Virus record (IMG/VR): IMGVR_UViG_3300043478_000082
Location: 507-64,506 of that record
Length of the DNA: 64,000 bases
Source: a virus
Strand: one strand, 5' to 3'
The notes below the pieces were generated by a model, which saw nothing but the letters and a program-made list of their open reading frames with translations, was not told the origin of the DNA and did not search any database. Made by a program: the position numbers and the translations under genes. The first letter of the stretch is position 1; the number at the start of each line of letters is the position of its first letter. Below, piece after piece: positions 45,893 to 56,113 of the stretch.

Positions 45893-46386
45893 CCGACGTC
45901 GACACCGAAGTGCCGGACAGCTCCAACCAGCACGGTCCGTTCCGTCAGTACCGCCAGGGGATGGCCGCGCTCGCCCTGCGCCTGGCCGGAGCCAGCTACA
46001 TGGAGGTCGCCGAGGCGCTCGGCCTGTCGGGCATCGCGGATGCCCGAGAGCTGATCGAGTCGACCCTCGCCAACAAGGTCACCGCACAAGACCGCGAGCA
46101 TCTACGCCGAGAGGAGGCGGCGCGCCTGGATCGACTCCAGCGCGGGGTGTGGACCAAGGCCCTCGATCAGAACCATCCGGAACACCTCGCGGCGGTCAAG
46201 GTGGTGTTGCAGATCAGCGAGTCGCGCCGTCGCCTGCTCGGCCTCGATGCACCGACTGAGATCAGCGTGCACACGCCGACGCAGGACGAGATCGAGCGCT
46301 GGGTGTCGACGGTCAGCGCGCAGTCAGTGGCCGACTACACGGTGCTGGAAGCGAACGTCGTTGAGCTCCCGGCGCTTGCCCAGTGA
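45889..46386 (+). CDS. terS: Terminase small subunit
   Basis: ALRLAGASYMEVAEALG HTH; RLDRLQ..VW..A...AV..VL.ISE.RRRLLGLDAP; lies upstream of terL. Confidence 0.75.
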   Translation: MTDVDTEVPDSSNQHGPFRQYRQGMAALALRLAGASYMEVAEALGLSGIADARELIESTLANKVTAQDREHLRREEAARLDRLQRGVWTKALDQNHPEHLAAVKVVLQISESRRRLLGLDAPTEISVHTPTQDEIERWVSTVSAQSVADYTVLEANVVELPALAQ

Positions 46387-46693
46387 CCGCGAGGATCTGG
46401 CGACGTGGGTTGCTGAGGCGATCGACGCCGACGAGCACAAGCGTGTCATCGGACGGGGCTGGAAGAACCGCGTCCTCGATGGTGCCAACGTCCACAGGCT
46501 CATGACTGCCACGCCGACACACACCGAACTGCACTTCCGCGTCTCGATGGAGGAGGCCATCGTCCTCTCGCGAGCGCTGTCGGGCCAGAAGCTCACCCGC
46601 AACGCCTTCATGCGCCGGGCTCTCGCCCACTGGCTCATCAAGCACGAAGGCGTCGACCCGGATCTGATCCCCAAGCTCGCCAAGGACCTGTGA
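46376..46693 (+). CDS. Hypothetical protein with RHH-like C-terminus
   Basis: LHFRVSMEEAIVLSRA...TRNAFMRRAL; start uncertain. Confidence 0.5.
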   Translation: MPSDREDLATWVAEAIDADEHKRVIGRGWKNRVLDGANVHRLMTATPTHTELHFRVSMEEAIVLSRALSGQKLTRNAFMRRALAHWLIKHEGVDPDLIPKLAKDL

Positions 46694-48069
46694 TGGACCT
46701 CGATGCGTATCGCACCTGGACCCCTGCCGCGCAGCAGCGAGCACTGTCCGCGCTTCAGGCTCGCACCAACGACACCTGGCGTCCCTTTTACTGCCCGCGG
46801 GCTGGCTGCGACGGAAACCCACACGACACCTGGGAGTGGAACCACGCCCGTGCCGACCAGCATCCACCCAAGGACCTCGACTGGCTCACCTGGCTGATCA
46901 CCAGCGGGCGAGGGGCGGGCAAGACGCGCACCGGGGCCGAGCTGACCCACCAGATGACCGAGGTGACCGGGCGCCTGGCCGTCATCGCAGCGACCGGCGC
47001 CGACGTGCGTGACACCTGCCTGGAGGGCGAGAGCGGCATCCTCACCATCGCCCGCCCCGACCGGCGCCCCAAGTACGAGCCGTCGAAGCGCCGCCTGACA
47101 TGGCCCAACGGCTGCGTCGGCACCACGTTCTCGGCCGAGGAGCCCGACCGCCTGCGCGGCCCCGAGCACGGATACGCCTGGTGGGACGAGCCCGCTCACG
47201 CGCCGCTGTGTCAGGACGTCTGGGACAACCTCCTGTTCGGCCTGCGCATCGGCACTCGCCCGCGCACCGTGCTGACGACGACGCCCAAGCCCCGACCTTG
47301 GTTGAAGGGCGTGCTCGCTGACCCGCGCACGCGCCTGACGGTGACGTCGACGTACGCCAACCTGGCGAACCTCGCCCCGACGTACGCCGAGCAGGTGATC
47401 GCCCGCTACGAGGGGACCAGGCTCGGCCGCCAGGAGCTGCACGGCGAGATCCTGGAGGACGTCGAGGGCGCGCTGTGGACGTGGGAGATGATCGAGGCGT
47501 CGCGCGTCGTGCACGCGCCGGAGCTCGTCAGGGTGGTTGTAGGTGTCGACCCGGCCGGATCGTCGCGAGTGCAAGCCGATGAGACCGGGATCGTCGTCGT
47601 CGGGCGTGACGCCAGCGGCGAGATCTACGTCATCGCCGACCGCTCCGGCCACTACACGCCGCTCGGCTGGGCGACCGCCGCCCACCACGCCTACGAGGAC
47701 TACGACGCCGACGCCATCGTGGCCGAGGTCAACTTCGGCGCCGACATGGTGGCGTCCACCATCCGTTCCAGCGGCTTCACCGACCGCCTGATCACCGTGC
47801 GCGCTCGTCACGGCAAAGACGCTCGCGCTGAGCCGATCGTCGGCCTGTGGGAGCAGCAGCGAGCGCACATCGTCGGCACGCTGCCCGAGCTGGAGGCGCA
47901 GCTCGTGTCGTGGGTGCCGTACTCCGGCGACCACAGCCCCGACCGCCTCGACGCGATGGTCTACGCCGCCACCATCGTCGCCCACCAGCCGGGTCGGGTC
48001 GAGGTCATCTCGCCGGTCCACATGCAGATCACCACGGGCGGCATCCCAGGACTGAGGAGAGTGCAGTGA
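46693..48069 (+). CDS. terL: Terminase large subunit
   Basis: GRGAGKT Walker A, WWDE Walker B, VGVDP and DRLDA RNase H-like nuclease motifs. Confidence 0.92.
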   Translation: MDLDAYRTWTPAAQQRALSALQARTNDTWRPFYCPRAGCDGNPHDTWEWNHARADQHPPKDLDWLTWLITSGRGAGKTRTGAELTHQMTEVTGRLAVIAATGADVRDTCLEGESGILTIARPDRRPKYEPSKRRLTWPNGCVGTTFSAEEPDRLRGPEHGYAWWDEPAHAPLCQDVWDNLLFGLRIGTRPRTVLTTTPKPRPWLKGVLADPRTRLTVTSTYANLANLAPTYAEQVIARYEGTRLGRQELHGEILEDVEGALWTWEMIEASRVVHAPELVRVVVGVDPAGSSRVQADETGIVVVGRDASGEIYVIADRSGHYTPLGWATAAHHAYEDYDADAIVAEVNFGADMVASTIRSSGFTDRLITVRARHGKDARAEPIVGLWEQQRAHIVGTLPELEAQLVSWVPYSGDHSPDRLDAMVYAATIVAHQPGRVEVISPVHMQITTGGIPGLRRVQ

Positions 48070-48986
48070 TCCTGTGCGTCTACGCCATCATGCGCGACGA
48101 GGTCGACAACGTGCTGCCGTGGGCCGAGACGACGGTCGACGCCGACGTGCGCTTCGTGCTCGACACCGGCTCGGTCGACCACACGCCCGAGCACCTCGTG
48201 GCTGCGGGGGTCCGCGTGGCCAGCGGCCGGTACGAGCCGTTCCGCTTCGACGATGCTCGCAACGCCGCGCTGGCCCTGTCGCCCGAGGCCGACCTGTTCC
48301 TGCGCCTCGATGCCGACGAGCGCCTGCCCGACGACTGGCGGAGCCAGCTCGACGACGCCTACAGCGAGCGCATCCCGCGCTACCGCTACCGGGTCCACAA
48401 CACCGATGGCGTCTGGGGCACGATCACTCGCGACGACATCCATCAGCGTCCGGGCTTCCGTTGGAAGTACCCGACCCACGAGGTGCTGCTCGGCCCACCC
48501 GTCGCCGTCGACCTCCCCCGCTTCGTCGTGCAGCACACGAGTCCACCGGAGCGGCGTTCGCACCATCACTCGAACCTCGACGTGCTGGCGAACGCCATCT
48601 TCGAGTACCCCGGCGACCACCGGATGCACTTCTACCTCGCCCGCGAGTTCTGGTACGCCGGACAGTGGGGCGACTGCCGCCTGGCGATGATGAACTTCCT
48701 GTCGCTCCCCAACGGCTGGGGCGCCGAGCGGGCCGAGGCGTACCGCATCCTCGCCGCCATCGACGACTACCCCGAGCGGTGGCTGTGGAAGGCGGTCGGT
48801 GAGGCGCCCGAGCGGCGCGAGCCGTGGGTCGACCTCGCCCGGCTCTTCGTCAGCACCGGCGACGGTCAGCGCGCCACGCTGATGCTGAGCGAGGCCGAGC
48901 GGCGTACCGACGAGACGATCTACACGACCGACCCGAGGGCCTGGGGTCCGGGGTTCGACGCGCTGCGCGACGCGTGCTCGGTGTGA
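48066..48986 (+). CDS. GT2-family glycosyltransferase with TPR-like C-terminus
   Basis: VYAI..DE, VLDTGSVDHT, F.FDDARNAAL, LRLDADE (DxD), W..P.HE; helical repeats with FYLARE. Confidence 0.85.
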   Translation: MILCVYAIMRDEVDNVLPWAETTVDADVRFVLDTGSVDHTPEHLVAAGVRVASGRYEPFRFDDARNAALALSPEADLFLRLDADERLPDDWRSQLDDAYSERIPRYRYRVHNTDGVWGTITRDDIHQRPGFRWKYPTHEVLLGPPVAVDLPRFVVQHTSPPERRSHHHSNLDVLANAIFEYPGDHRMHFYLAREFWYAGQWGDCRLAMMNFLSLPNGWGAERAEAYRILAAIDDYPERWLWKAVGEAPERREPWVDLARLFVSTGDGQRATLMLSEAERRTDETIYTTDPRAWGPGFDALRDACSV

Positions 48987-49176
48987 GCCTCCTGGCGCAA
49001 CTGGGCGATCGCCGTCACGACCGGGCTGGCATCGCCGGGGTCAGCATGCTCGTGGATCCAGATGACCGAGCGTTTCGAGAGCAGGCCCTCGTCGTTCCAC
49101 TCGTGGCGGACCAAGTCGTGCAGCTCCATGAGCCACCCCCCTCGACGCCCTGGCTCTGGGGGCGCCTGGATAGGCA

Positions 49177-49380
49177 GTGTCCCACGTGACCACCTTCAAC
49201 CGCATCACCACGAGCATCGAGCAGGGCCCGCGTGGCGGCTTCCGCATTCGCATCCGCTACTGGTCGACCGAGCACTGGGAGGCCAACGAGGAGCTGTCCC
49301 AGCGCATCTTCGCCTCGCCCATCGAGGCTGAGGACACCGCCGTGCGCGTCGCCCACGCTCTGCGGGAGCGTCTCGGATGA
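49177..49380 (+). CDS. Small hypothetical protein
   Basis: 67 aa; ATGA coupling to the next gene. Confidence 0.45.
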   Translation: MSHVTTFNRITTSIEQGPRGGFRIRIRYWSTEHWEANEELSQRIFASPIEAEDTAVRVAHALRERLG

Positions 49381-49724
49381 TCGCTGACGCCTCACCGCTG
49401 GCCTTCGACGACCCGTTCGTCCTCGTCTGTGCGGCGGTCGTTGCCATCCTCTCGGTGGCCCGCTTCACCCGCCTGATCGTCGACGACGACTATCCGCCGA
49501 CGCGCTGGCTCACCGAGCGCTTCGTGCGTGCCGTGCCCGAGAAGTGGGGCGTGCTGGTCGAGTGCTCGTGGTGCACGTCGCCGTACGTCGCAGCGATCAT
49601 CGTCGGCTGGGCCTGGGCGACGGACCTGCACTGGTCGTGGTGGTTCGTGAACTCGATCGCCGCACTGTCGTGGCTGGCCGGATTCATGAATGCCCGCGAC
49701 ATCCCGCCTGACCAGCGCGAGTGA
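49377..49724 (+). CDS. DUF1360-like membrane protein
   Basis: ARFTRLIVDD...CSWCTSPY pattern with TM helices. Confidence 0.7.
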   Translation: MIADASPLAFDDPFVLVCAAVVAILSVARFTRLIVDDDYPPTRWLTERFVRAVPEKWGVLVECSWCTSPYVAAIIVGWAWATDLHWSWWFVNSIAALSWLAGFMNARDIPPDQRE

Positions 49725-49820
49725 TCGTCGCCCTCTGGGCGCTCGCTCTGCTGTTCTTCGTGGTGTTCGTGTGGGCGGTGTGGCGCTCGCACAGGTGACG
49801 AGGTCTACGCTCGTGCGCCA

Positions 49821-51599
49821 ATGGCACGGGTGCGTCAACCTGCCCCGACTCCGCCGACCGGGTTCATCGCCTCCGCCGTGCGTCTTCCGACGGCGAGTCG
49901 CAACGTCGCCGGGCGCAGCGAGGGATGGCAGAGCCAGGCGTGGCAGTTCTGGGAGACGGTGGGTGAGCTGCGCGCCGTGAGCGTGTGGATCGGCAACGTC
50001 CTGTCCCGAGCGCGGCTCATCGCGGGCAAGCGTGAGGGCCGGATGATCGTCCCGATGACCGACGCCACCCATCCCGCCACCGAGGCGATGGAGGCTCTCT
50101 ATGGCGGACCGCAGGGCCAGGAGGAGATGCTGCGTCAGTACGGCATCCACGACACCGTCGCCGGAGAGCTCTACATCGTCAACACGGCCTCCGATGACCG
50201 CTGGTACTCGCTGGCCGCTGGCAAGGTCACGCAACTCCCCGGCGGCAAGCTCCAGGCCGACTTCGGCACCGAGGGTGGCGCGAAGCCGCTGAAGCCCGCC
50301 GACTTGGTGATCCGCCAGTGGACGCCGCACCCGCGAGACCCGTCCCGCGCCGACAGTCCGGTGCGCTCTAACCTCACCACGCTGGCTCAGATCACCGGCT
50401 ACGACCAGCACATCTCGGCGCAGATCCGCTCACGCCTGGCGGGCGCCGGGATCCTGTTCCTGTCCAACGAGGTGTCGTTCCCGGTGCCGGAAGGCGTCGA
50501 CCCCGGTGCGTCGCAGGCGCAGATCTTCATGGCCCTGCTGGGCGAAGCGATGATGACGCCGATCCAGGACCCCAGCGATCCCAGCGCGCTGGTGCCGATC
50601 GTGGCGATGGTGCCGACCGAGAGCCTGGGCAAGAACGAGCACCTGAAGTTCTGGACCGACCTCGACAACGCGGTGGTCGAGATGCGCGACGCCGGGATCA
50701 AGCGCCTGGCGCTCGGCATGGACGTGCCGCCCGAGGTGCTCCTGGGCGTGGCCGACGCCAACCACTGGAACGCCTGGCTGTCCGAGGAGAGCGCGGTCAA
50801 GGCGCACCTGGAGCCGCGCCTCGGCAACTTCGCCTGGGGCCTGTCGAACCAGTACCTCCGCCCGGCGATCAAGGGCCGCATCCCGGCCAGCGAGAGCCTG
50901 GAGGACTACTACGTCCTGGCCGACACGTCGTCGATCCGTCTGCGCCCGAACCGGTCGTCGGAAGCCATCGAGCTCTACAACCTCGGTGAGTTGTCCGGCG
51001 AGGCGCTGCGGCGTGAGACCGGCTTCCAGCCCGAAGACAGCCCCGACAGCACCGAGTTCGAGCGTTGGCTGCTGAAGCGGGTGTCGACCGGCGCCGTCAG
51101 CCCCGAGCAGACCGCCGCCGCGCTGAAGCTCCTCGGCATCGACCTCGGTCCGATCAACGTCAGCACCGGGCAGCAGCAGCCCGACCACACCCGCCTGGAC
51201 ACGAAGCCCGCGCTGGAGCAGCGCAACGTGCCCGACATCGCTGAGTCGCAGGAACGAGCGATGAGCCAGGACGGTCTGGCGGCAGCCTGCGACGTGTTGG
51301 TCTTCCGAGCGCTGGAGCGGGCAGGGAACCGCCTCCGCAACGGTCATCCGCGCACCGACACCTCGATGATGGCGGCGGTCGACGTCTACCGGACGCTGGG
51401 TGGCGAGGCCGACAACCTGCTCGCCGGGGCGTGGGACTGTGCCGCCGAGGTGCTCGGGCCGTACACCGCGGACACGCTGGGCGTGACCGACACCCTCGAC
51501 TTCTACGTGCGCGGCCTGCTCAGCTCGCACCGCCCGCACAGCTCTGTCGTGCTCAGTGCGCTCCTGGCCTCGCGGCCGACTGCGCTGGCGGTGACGTGA
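49821..51599 (+). CDS. Portal protein
   Basis: 592 aa after the terminase; WQSQAWQFWETVGEL, RLAGAGILF, LALGMDVPPEVLLG....NHW.AW motifs of actinophage portals. Confidence 0.85.
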   Translation: MARVRQPAPTPPTGFIASAVRLPTASRNVAGRSEGWQSQAWQFWETVGELRAVSVWIGNVLSRARLIAGKREGRMIVPMTDATHPATEAMEALYGGPQGQEEMLRQYGIHDTVAGELYIVNTASDDRWYSLAAGKVTQLPGGKLQADFGTEGGAKPLKPADLVIRQWTPHPRDPSRADSPVRSNLTTLAQITGYDQHISAQIRSRLAGAGILFLSNEVSFPVPEGVDPGASQAQIFMALLGEAMMTPIQDPSDPSALVPIVAMVPTESLGKNEHLKFWTDLDNAVVEMRDAGIKRLALGMDVPPEVLLGVADANHWNAWLSEESAVKAHLEPRLGNFAWGLSNQYLRPAIKGRIPASESLEDYYVLADTSSIRLRPNRSSEAIELYNLGELSGEALRRETGFQPEDSPDSTEFERWLLKRVSTGAVSPEQTAAALKLLGIDLGPINVSTGQQQPDHTRLDTKPALEQRNVPDIAESQERAMSQDGLAAACDVLVFRALERAGNRLRNGHPRTDTSMMAAVDVYRTLGGEADNLLAGAWDCAAEVLGPYTADTLGVTDTLDFYVRGLLSSHRPHSSVVLSALLASRPTALAVT

Positions 51600-51600
51600 C

Positions 51601-53712
51601 ATGGCGAGCATCACTGAGCTCACAGCGCTGATCGACGACGAGATCACCGCCGCGCTGGCGGAGCCGGATCACTCGATCCGCATGACCATGCTGCGCGACG
51701 CCGGGGCTCGGGCCTTCGCCCGTGCGTACGAGGACCTCAATGGTGACCCCGAGGGCTACGAGCAGGCGCGCTCCGAATTCGTGAACACACTGACCAGCGC
51801 GGCGGGGATGACCTTCCCGGACGGCACGGAAGCGCAGAACACACGCGTCACGCACGTCTTCGCCACCGCCGCGGCCAACGGAGCCATCGTGGCGGCAGCG
51901 TCGCCGGGCACCGAGTTCGAGTGGATCACCAAGCTCGACGACGACGTGCGCGAGACGCACCGTCCGCTGCATGGCGAGGTGCGGGCTGCGGGGACGCCGT
52001 TCCTCGTCGCCGGAGTGCCGCTGCTCTACCCCGGCCAGCCGGTCGGTCCGCCCGAGGTCTGGATCAACTGTCGCTGCGTGCTGTCGGCGAGCGCGTCGAT
52101 TACGTCGGGAGGCGACATGGGCGACCACAACCACTCCTGGACACCAGGCGATCACTCGCACTCGTTCACCGAGCGGATCGCGGCACACTCGCATGGGTTT
52201 GCGCCGAGCCACGTCCACAGCGTCACGCTCGCCGCGTGCGCTTGCGGATGCGGTGGCGTCGAGGGCTCGTGCGAGGAGCCCGATGATCTGGAGGCGGCGG
52301 TCAGCAACGAGCCGTGGTCGAACTGGAGCGCCGCTGACTACAACGTCCAGCAGTGGCACCGCGCCTGCCTCATCCATCTGCACTCGGGGCCGCCGACGTC
52401 CAAGAGCGAGTGCAAGCTCCCAGTGCGGACGCCGACCGGCGCGTTGAACAGAAACGGCGTCCACGCGGCCGCTGCTGCGCTTGCCGGAGCGCGCGGCGGC
52501 GTCGATGCTCCCTCCGAGGACAAGGCCAAGGCGAGGCGCGCCCTCCTGGCCCTGTACCGACGCATCGGTGACGATCCGCCCGACAGCCTGCGCGCTGATG
52601 GGTCGGAAGCTGCCGAGCTCACGGCGTGGGCTCCGTCGACCTCCCCGCCCGGCACCCACGACGCGCCAGGATGGGTCACCAACCCGCGCGAGACGCAGCG
52701 TCTGCGGACCTACTGGACCAAGGGCGCGGGGGCGGCGAAGATCCGCTGGGGAACACCCAACGACCTCACCCGCTGCCATCAGCACCTCCAGAAGTTCGTG
52801 GGACCGTTCGCCTGGGCGACGTGCCAGAACATGCACAAGGAGGCGCTCGGCTTCTGGAACCCCGAGAGCAACCCCGGTCACCGCAGCCGCCGTGCCGATG
52901 GTGACCTCATCGACGACGAGACATTCGACATGGTCACCGCGGCCTTCATCGCTGCGGCCGAACTGGAGGACCCGATGGAGACGATGATGCTGGCACCGCC
53001 TGCCGAGTGGTTCGCCAACCCCGGCTTCGATGCCCCCACCCCGCTGACGATCACCAGCGACGGTCGCGTGCTCGGGCACCTGGCTTCCTGGGACACCTGC
53101 CACGTCGGCATCACCGGCGACTGCGTGAAGCCGCCACGCTCGAATACGAACTACGCCCACTTCCGCACGGGCGAGGTCGAGACGCGCGAGGGGACGCTGG
53201 TCGCCGTGGGGCAGATCACGATGGACACCGGGCACGCCGGAGCCGAGGAGGGTCCGCAGGCCGCGGTCAGCCACTACGACAACACCGGGACCGGCGTCGC
53301 TGACGTGTCGGCGGGCGAGGACGACCACGGCATCTGGGTCGCTGGCGCCATGCGTCCGGGCGTGTCCGAGCAGCAGATGTACGTGCTGAAGGCGACCGGC
53401 GCCCTGTCCGGAGACTGGCGCCGCATCGGCGGGAACCTGGAGCTGGTGGCGGCGCTCGCCGTCAATGTGCCGGGCTTCCCGATCCCGCGTGTCGAGCTGG
53501 CGGCGTCGGTGGGGCGCACGATCTCCCTCACCGCCGCCGCGGTCGTCACCATCGACCCGAACGCCCTCGACGCCGACCGCGTCGCCGTCGCGGTCCTGGC
53601 GGCGATGGATCAGCGTAAGGCCGACGAGGCTCGCCGCCAGCGCGCCGCGCTGCTGACCACCGAGATCACCGAGCTGCGGGTGAGTGCGCTCGTGGCCGCA
53701 GTGGAAGGCTGA
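51601..53712 (+). CDS. MuF-like head morphogenesis / capsid maturation protease fusion
   Basis: W.TKLDDDVRETH...PF.V....L.YPG......INCRC (MuF); C-terminal GRVLGHLASWDTCH...SGDWR protease-like region. Confidence 0.8.
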   Translation: MASITELTALIDDEITAALAEPDHSIRMTMLRDAGARAFARAYEDLNGDPEGYEQARSEFVNTLTSAAGMTFPDGTEAQNTRVTHVFATAAANGAIVAAASPGTEFEWITKLDDDVRETHRPLHGEVRAAGTPFLVAGVPLLYPGQPVGPPEVWINCRCVLSASASITSGGDMGDHNHSWTPGDHSHSFTERIAAHSHGFAPSHVHSVTLAACACGCGGVEGSCEEPDDLEAAVSNEPWSNWSAADYNVQQWHRACLIHLHSGPPTSKSECKLPVRTPTGALNRNGVHAAAAALAGARGGVDAPSEDKAKARRALLALYRRIGDDPPDSLRADGSEAAELTAWAPSTSPPGTHDAPGWVTNPRETQRLRTYWTKGAGAAKIRWGTPNDLTRCHQHLQKFVGPFAWATCQNMHKEALGFWNPESNPGHRSRRADGDLIDDETFDMVTAAFIAAAELEDPMETMMLAPPAEWFANPGFDAPTPLTITSDGRVLGHLASWDTCHVGITGDCVKPPRSNTNYAHFRTGEVETREGTLVAVGQITMDTGHAGAEEGPQAAVSHYDNTGTGVADVSAGEDDHGIWVAGAMRPGVSEQQMYVLKATGALSGDWRRIGGNLELVAALAVNVPGFPIPRVELAASVGRTISLTAAAVVTIDPNALDADRVAVAVLAAMDQRKADEARRQRAALLTTEITELRVSALVAAVEG

Positions 53713-53717
53713 GAGCC

Positions 53718-54104
53718 ATGAGCGATCCCGAGCCGCTGGCGGCCGACCCGCCCGCCAAGACCAACATCACCGACACGCCCGGCGACGGCACGACGATCAC
53801 CACGCTCGTCAGCACGCACGACCGCGGCTCACTGGAGTGGAACGAGCGCCGCGGCGACGGCGATCCGTTCGGTCCAGAAGGTCCGCCGGTCGTCGTCGTA
53901 CCGGCGACCGGCGCCACCGCAGGGACGCCCGGTACGTGGACGCCATCGGGCTCCACCCCGCCCGCCACTCCCGCGGCAACCGCGGTCACCGCATCGCCCG
54001 CCACTGCGTGGACCACCGGTCAGTACGTCCAGACGGGCCTCGCCGGAGCGCCAGGTCACACCTACTGGGACGGCGACTCCTGGAACGTCGGAGCTGCGCC
54101 CTGA
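53718..54104 (+). CDS. Probable head decoration protein
   Basis: C-terminal ~65 aa module shared with the major tail protein. Confidence 0.55.
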   Translation: MSDPEPLAADPPAKTNITDTPGDGTTITTLVSTHDRGSLEWNERRGDGDPFGPEGPPVVVVPATGATAGTPGTWTPSGSTPPATPAATAVTASPATAWTTGQYVQTGLAGAPGHTYWDGDSWNVGAAP

Positions 54105-54241
54105 TGGGCTGTGGATGCGGGAAGAAGCGCAAGTACCTCGTCACCACGAAGGCCGGTGAGCAGTCGACCGTCGACACGCTCTCGGCCGCGATGACGATCA
54201 TCCGCCGGGAGGGCGGGAACTACCAGCCGATCAAGGTCTGA
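54104..54241 (+). CDS. 45-aa MGCGCG-motif protein
   Basis: MGCGCGKKRKYLVTTK...; TGATG coupling. Confidence 0.6.
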   Translation: MGCGCGKKRKYLVTTKAGEQSTVDTLSAAMTIIRREGGNYQPIKV

Positions 54242-54401
54242 TCGCTGGCGGTACATCACAGCGGGTGTAGGGTCACGCCCCAAGACGACCGAGGGACCCC
54301 GTTGGAGCGAAGCTCCGGGGAACCGCCGAGCCGCATAGCGGCTCAGGCGTGGTTGGCGAACGATCTCAACGACCCATCCCTCTCGACCTGCGGAGGCTGT
54401 G

Positions 54402-56075
54402 ATGTACGAGCTGCCCGAGGACCTCACCGCACTGTCGGCCGAGGAACTGCAAGCGCTGATCGACGGGGGCCTCGATGCACTCCGCGCGCTGAACGTCACG
54501 GCCGAGTCCTCGGAGGAGGACATCGCTGAGGGCGAGCGGATCGTTGGCCTCCTGAAGAACGTCCAGAAGCAGATGCCGAAGACGGTGGCTGTCCAGGAGA
54601 AGCGTCGTGAGCGCGCCACTGCTCTCCAGCAGGCGATCGTCGACTCCACGCCTGAGGAGCCAGAGACGCCCGAGGAGCCCGATGCTCCCGAGACCCCGGA
54701 GACGCCGGAGCCCGCCGAGGCCGTCGTCACGCCAGACGAGGTGATCACGCCTGAGCTGGTCACCGCGGCTGGCTCACCGGCACGACGCGCCGCGGCCAAC
54801 GCGGCGCCGGTCACCGTCCCGGCCCGCACGACCGAGGCCGTCAGCCTCATCGCCGCGGCTGACGTGCCCGGCTTCTCCACCGGCGCCCCGCTCGATGGGC
54901 TCGGCGCTGTCGTTGCGGCACTCCTCAACCGTGCTCGCGGACTGCCGACGACCCGCATCGGTGGCGCCGATGGCGTGCGCATGAACTACGGCGCCGCGAT
55001 CATCCGCAAGAACGGCTACGGCGACCTCAGCCAGGCAGTCGAGCACGACGACCAGGCGATGATCTGGCGAGCGGGCGACGAGCGCCGCCTCCCCGGCAAC
55101 AGCCTCATCGCCGCGGGAGGTTGGTGCGCTCCGTCCGAGACGCTCTACGACCTCTGTCAGTTCGAGACGGTCGACGGCATCCTCAGCATCCCCGAGACGC
55201 AGATCACCCGTGGTGGCATCCGCTGGACGCAGGGTCCGGACTTCAGCGACATCTACGAGGCGTGCGGCTTCTTCCTCACCGAGGCCGAGGCGATCGCCGG
55301 GACGGCGCAGAAGGACTGCTGCATGGTCGAGTGCCCGCCGTTCGACGAGATCCGTCTCGACGCCATCGGCCTGTGCGTGAAGACCCCGCTGCTGACGAAC
55401 GCCGCCTACCCCGAGCTGGTCCGCCGGTTCATGGAGGGCTCGCTGGTCGCCCACCAGCACAAGGTCAACAAGTACATCATCGACAACATCGCCGCCGCGG
55501 CTGGCACGCCGTCCGTCCTCCAGGACAACGGCTCGCTGGAGCAGACGCTGGGCCAGGTCGAGATGCTCGCCCTCGGGATGCGCTACCGCTACCGCATGAG
55601 CCAGACGCAGTCGATCGAGATCGTCGCCCCGTTCTGGCTGCGGACGCTGCTCCGCATGGACATCGCCCGCAAGTCGGCGGTCAACCCGACCGAGGTGTCG
55701 GACGAGCGGATCAACGCCTGGTTCGCCTCGCGCAACATCAGCGTCCAGTGGGTCTACGACTTCCAGGACCTCCAGTTCCCGGCGCCGCCCGCTCCCGCAT
55801 GCATCCCGACCGTCCCGGCCACCGTGACGATCCTGATGTACCCGGCCGGGACCTGGATCAAGGGCTCCCTCGATGTCATCAACATCGACGCCGTCTACGA
55901 CTCCACGGGCCTGTCGCAGAACGTGTTCACCGCCCTGTTCATGGAGGAGGGCATCCTCGCTGTCCAGCGGTGCACCCACACCTGCGCCTACACGATCCCG
56001 ACCTGCGTCACCGGCCGTACGGGCGCTCAGGATCTCACCGAGTGCTACCTGTTCGGGGTCGACGCGACGCCGTGA
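54402..56075 (+). CDS. Major capsid protein with N-terminal scaffold-like region
   Basis: Coiled-coil/acidic N-terminus; LIAAGGWCAPSETLYD...P.....RGGI motif of mycobacteriophage cluster-B-like capsids. Confidence 0.85.
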   Translation: MYELPEDLTALSAEELQALIDGGLDALRALNVTAESSEEDIAEGERIVGLLKNVQKQMPKTVAVQEKRRERATALQQAIVDSTPEEPETPEEPDAPETPETPEPAEAVVTPDEVITPELVTAAGSPARRAAANAAPVTVPARTTEAVSLIAAADVPGFSTGAPLDGLGAVVAALLNRARGLPTTRIGGADGVRMNYGAAIIRKNGYGDLSQAVEHDDQAMIWRAGDERRLPGNSLIAAGGWCAPSETLYDLCQFETVDGILSIPETQITRGGIRWTQGPDFSDIYEACGFFLTEAEAIAGTAQKDCCMVECPPFDEIRLDAIGLCVKTPLLTNAAYPELVRRFMEGSLVAHQHKVNKYIIDNIAAAAGTPSVLQDNGSLEQTLGQVEMLALGMRYRYRMSQTQSIEIVAPFWLRTLLRMDIARKSAVNPTEVSDERINAWFASRNISVQWVYDFQDLQFPAPPAPACIPTVPATVTILMYPAGTWIKGSLDVINIDAVYDSTGLSQNVFTALFMEEGILAVQRCTHTCAYTIPTCVTGRTGAQDLTECYLFGVDATP

Positions 56076-56113
56076 TCTGAGGGCAGTAAGGACGAGCGGA
56101 AGGAGGTGAGTCG

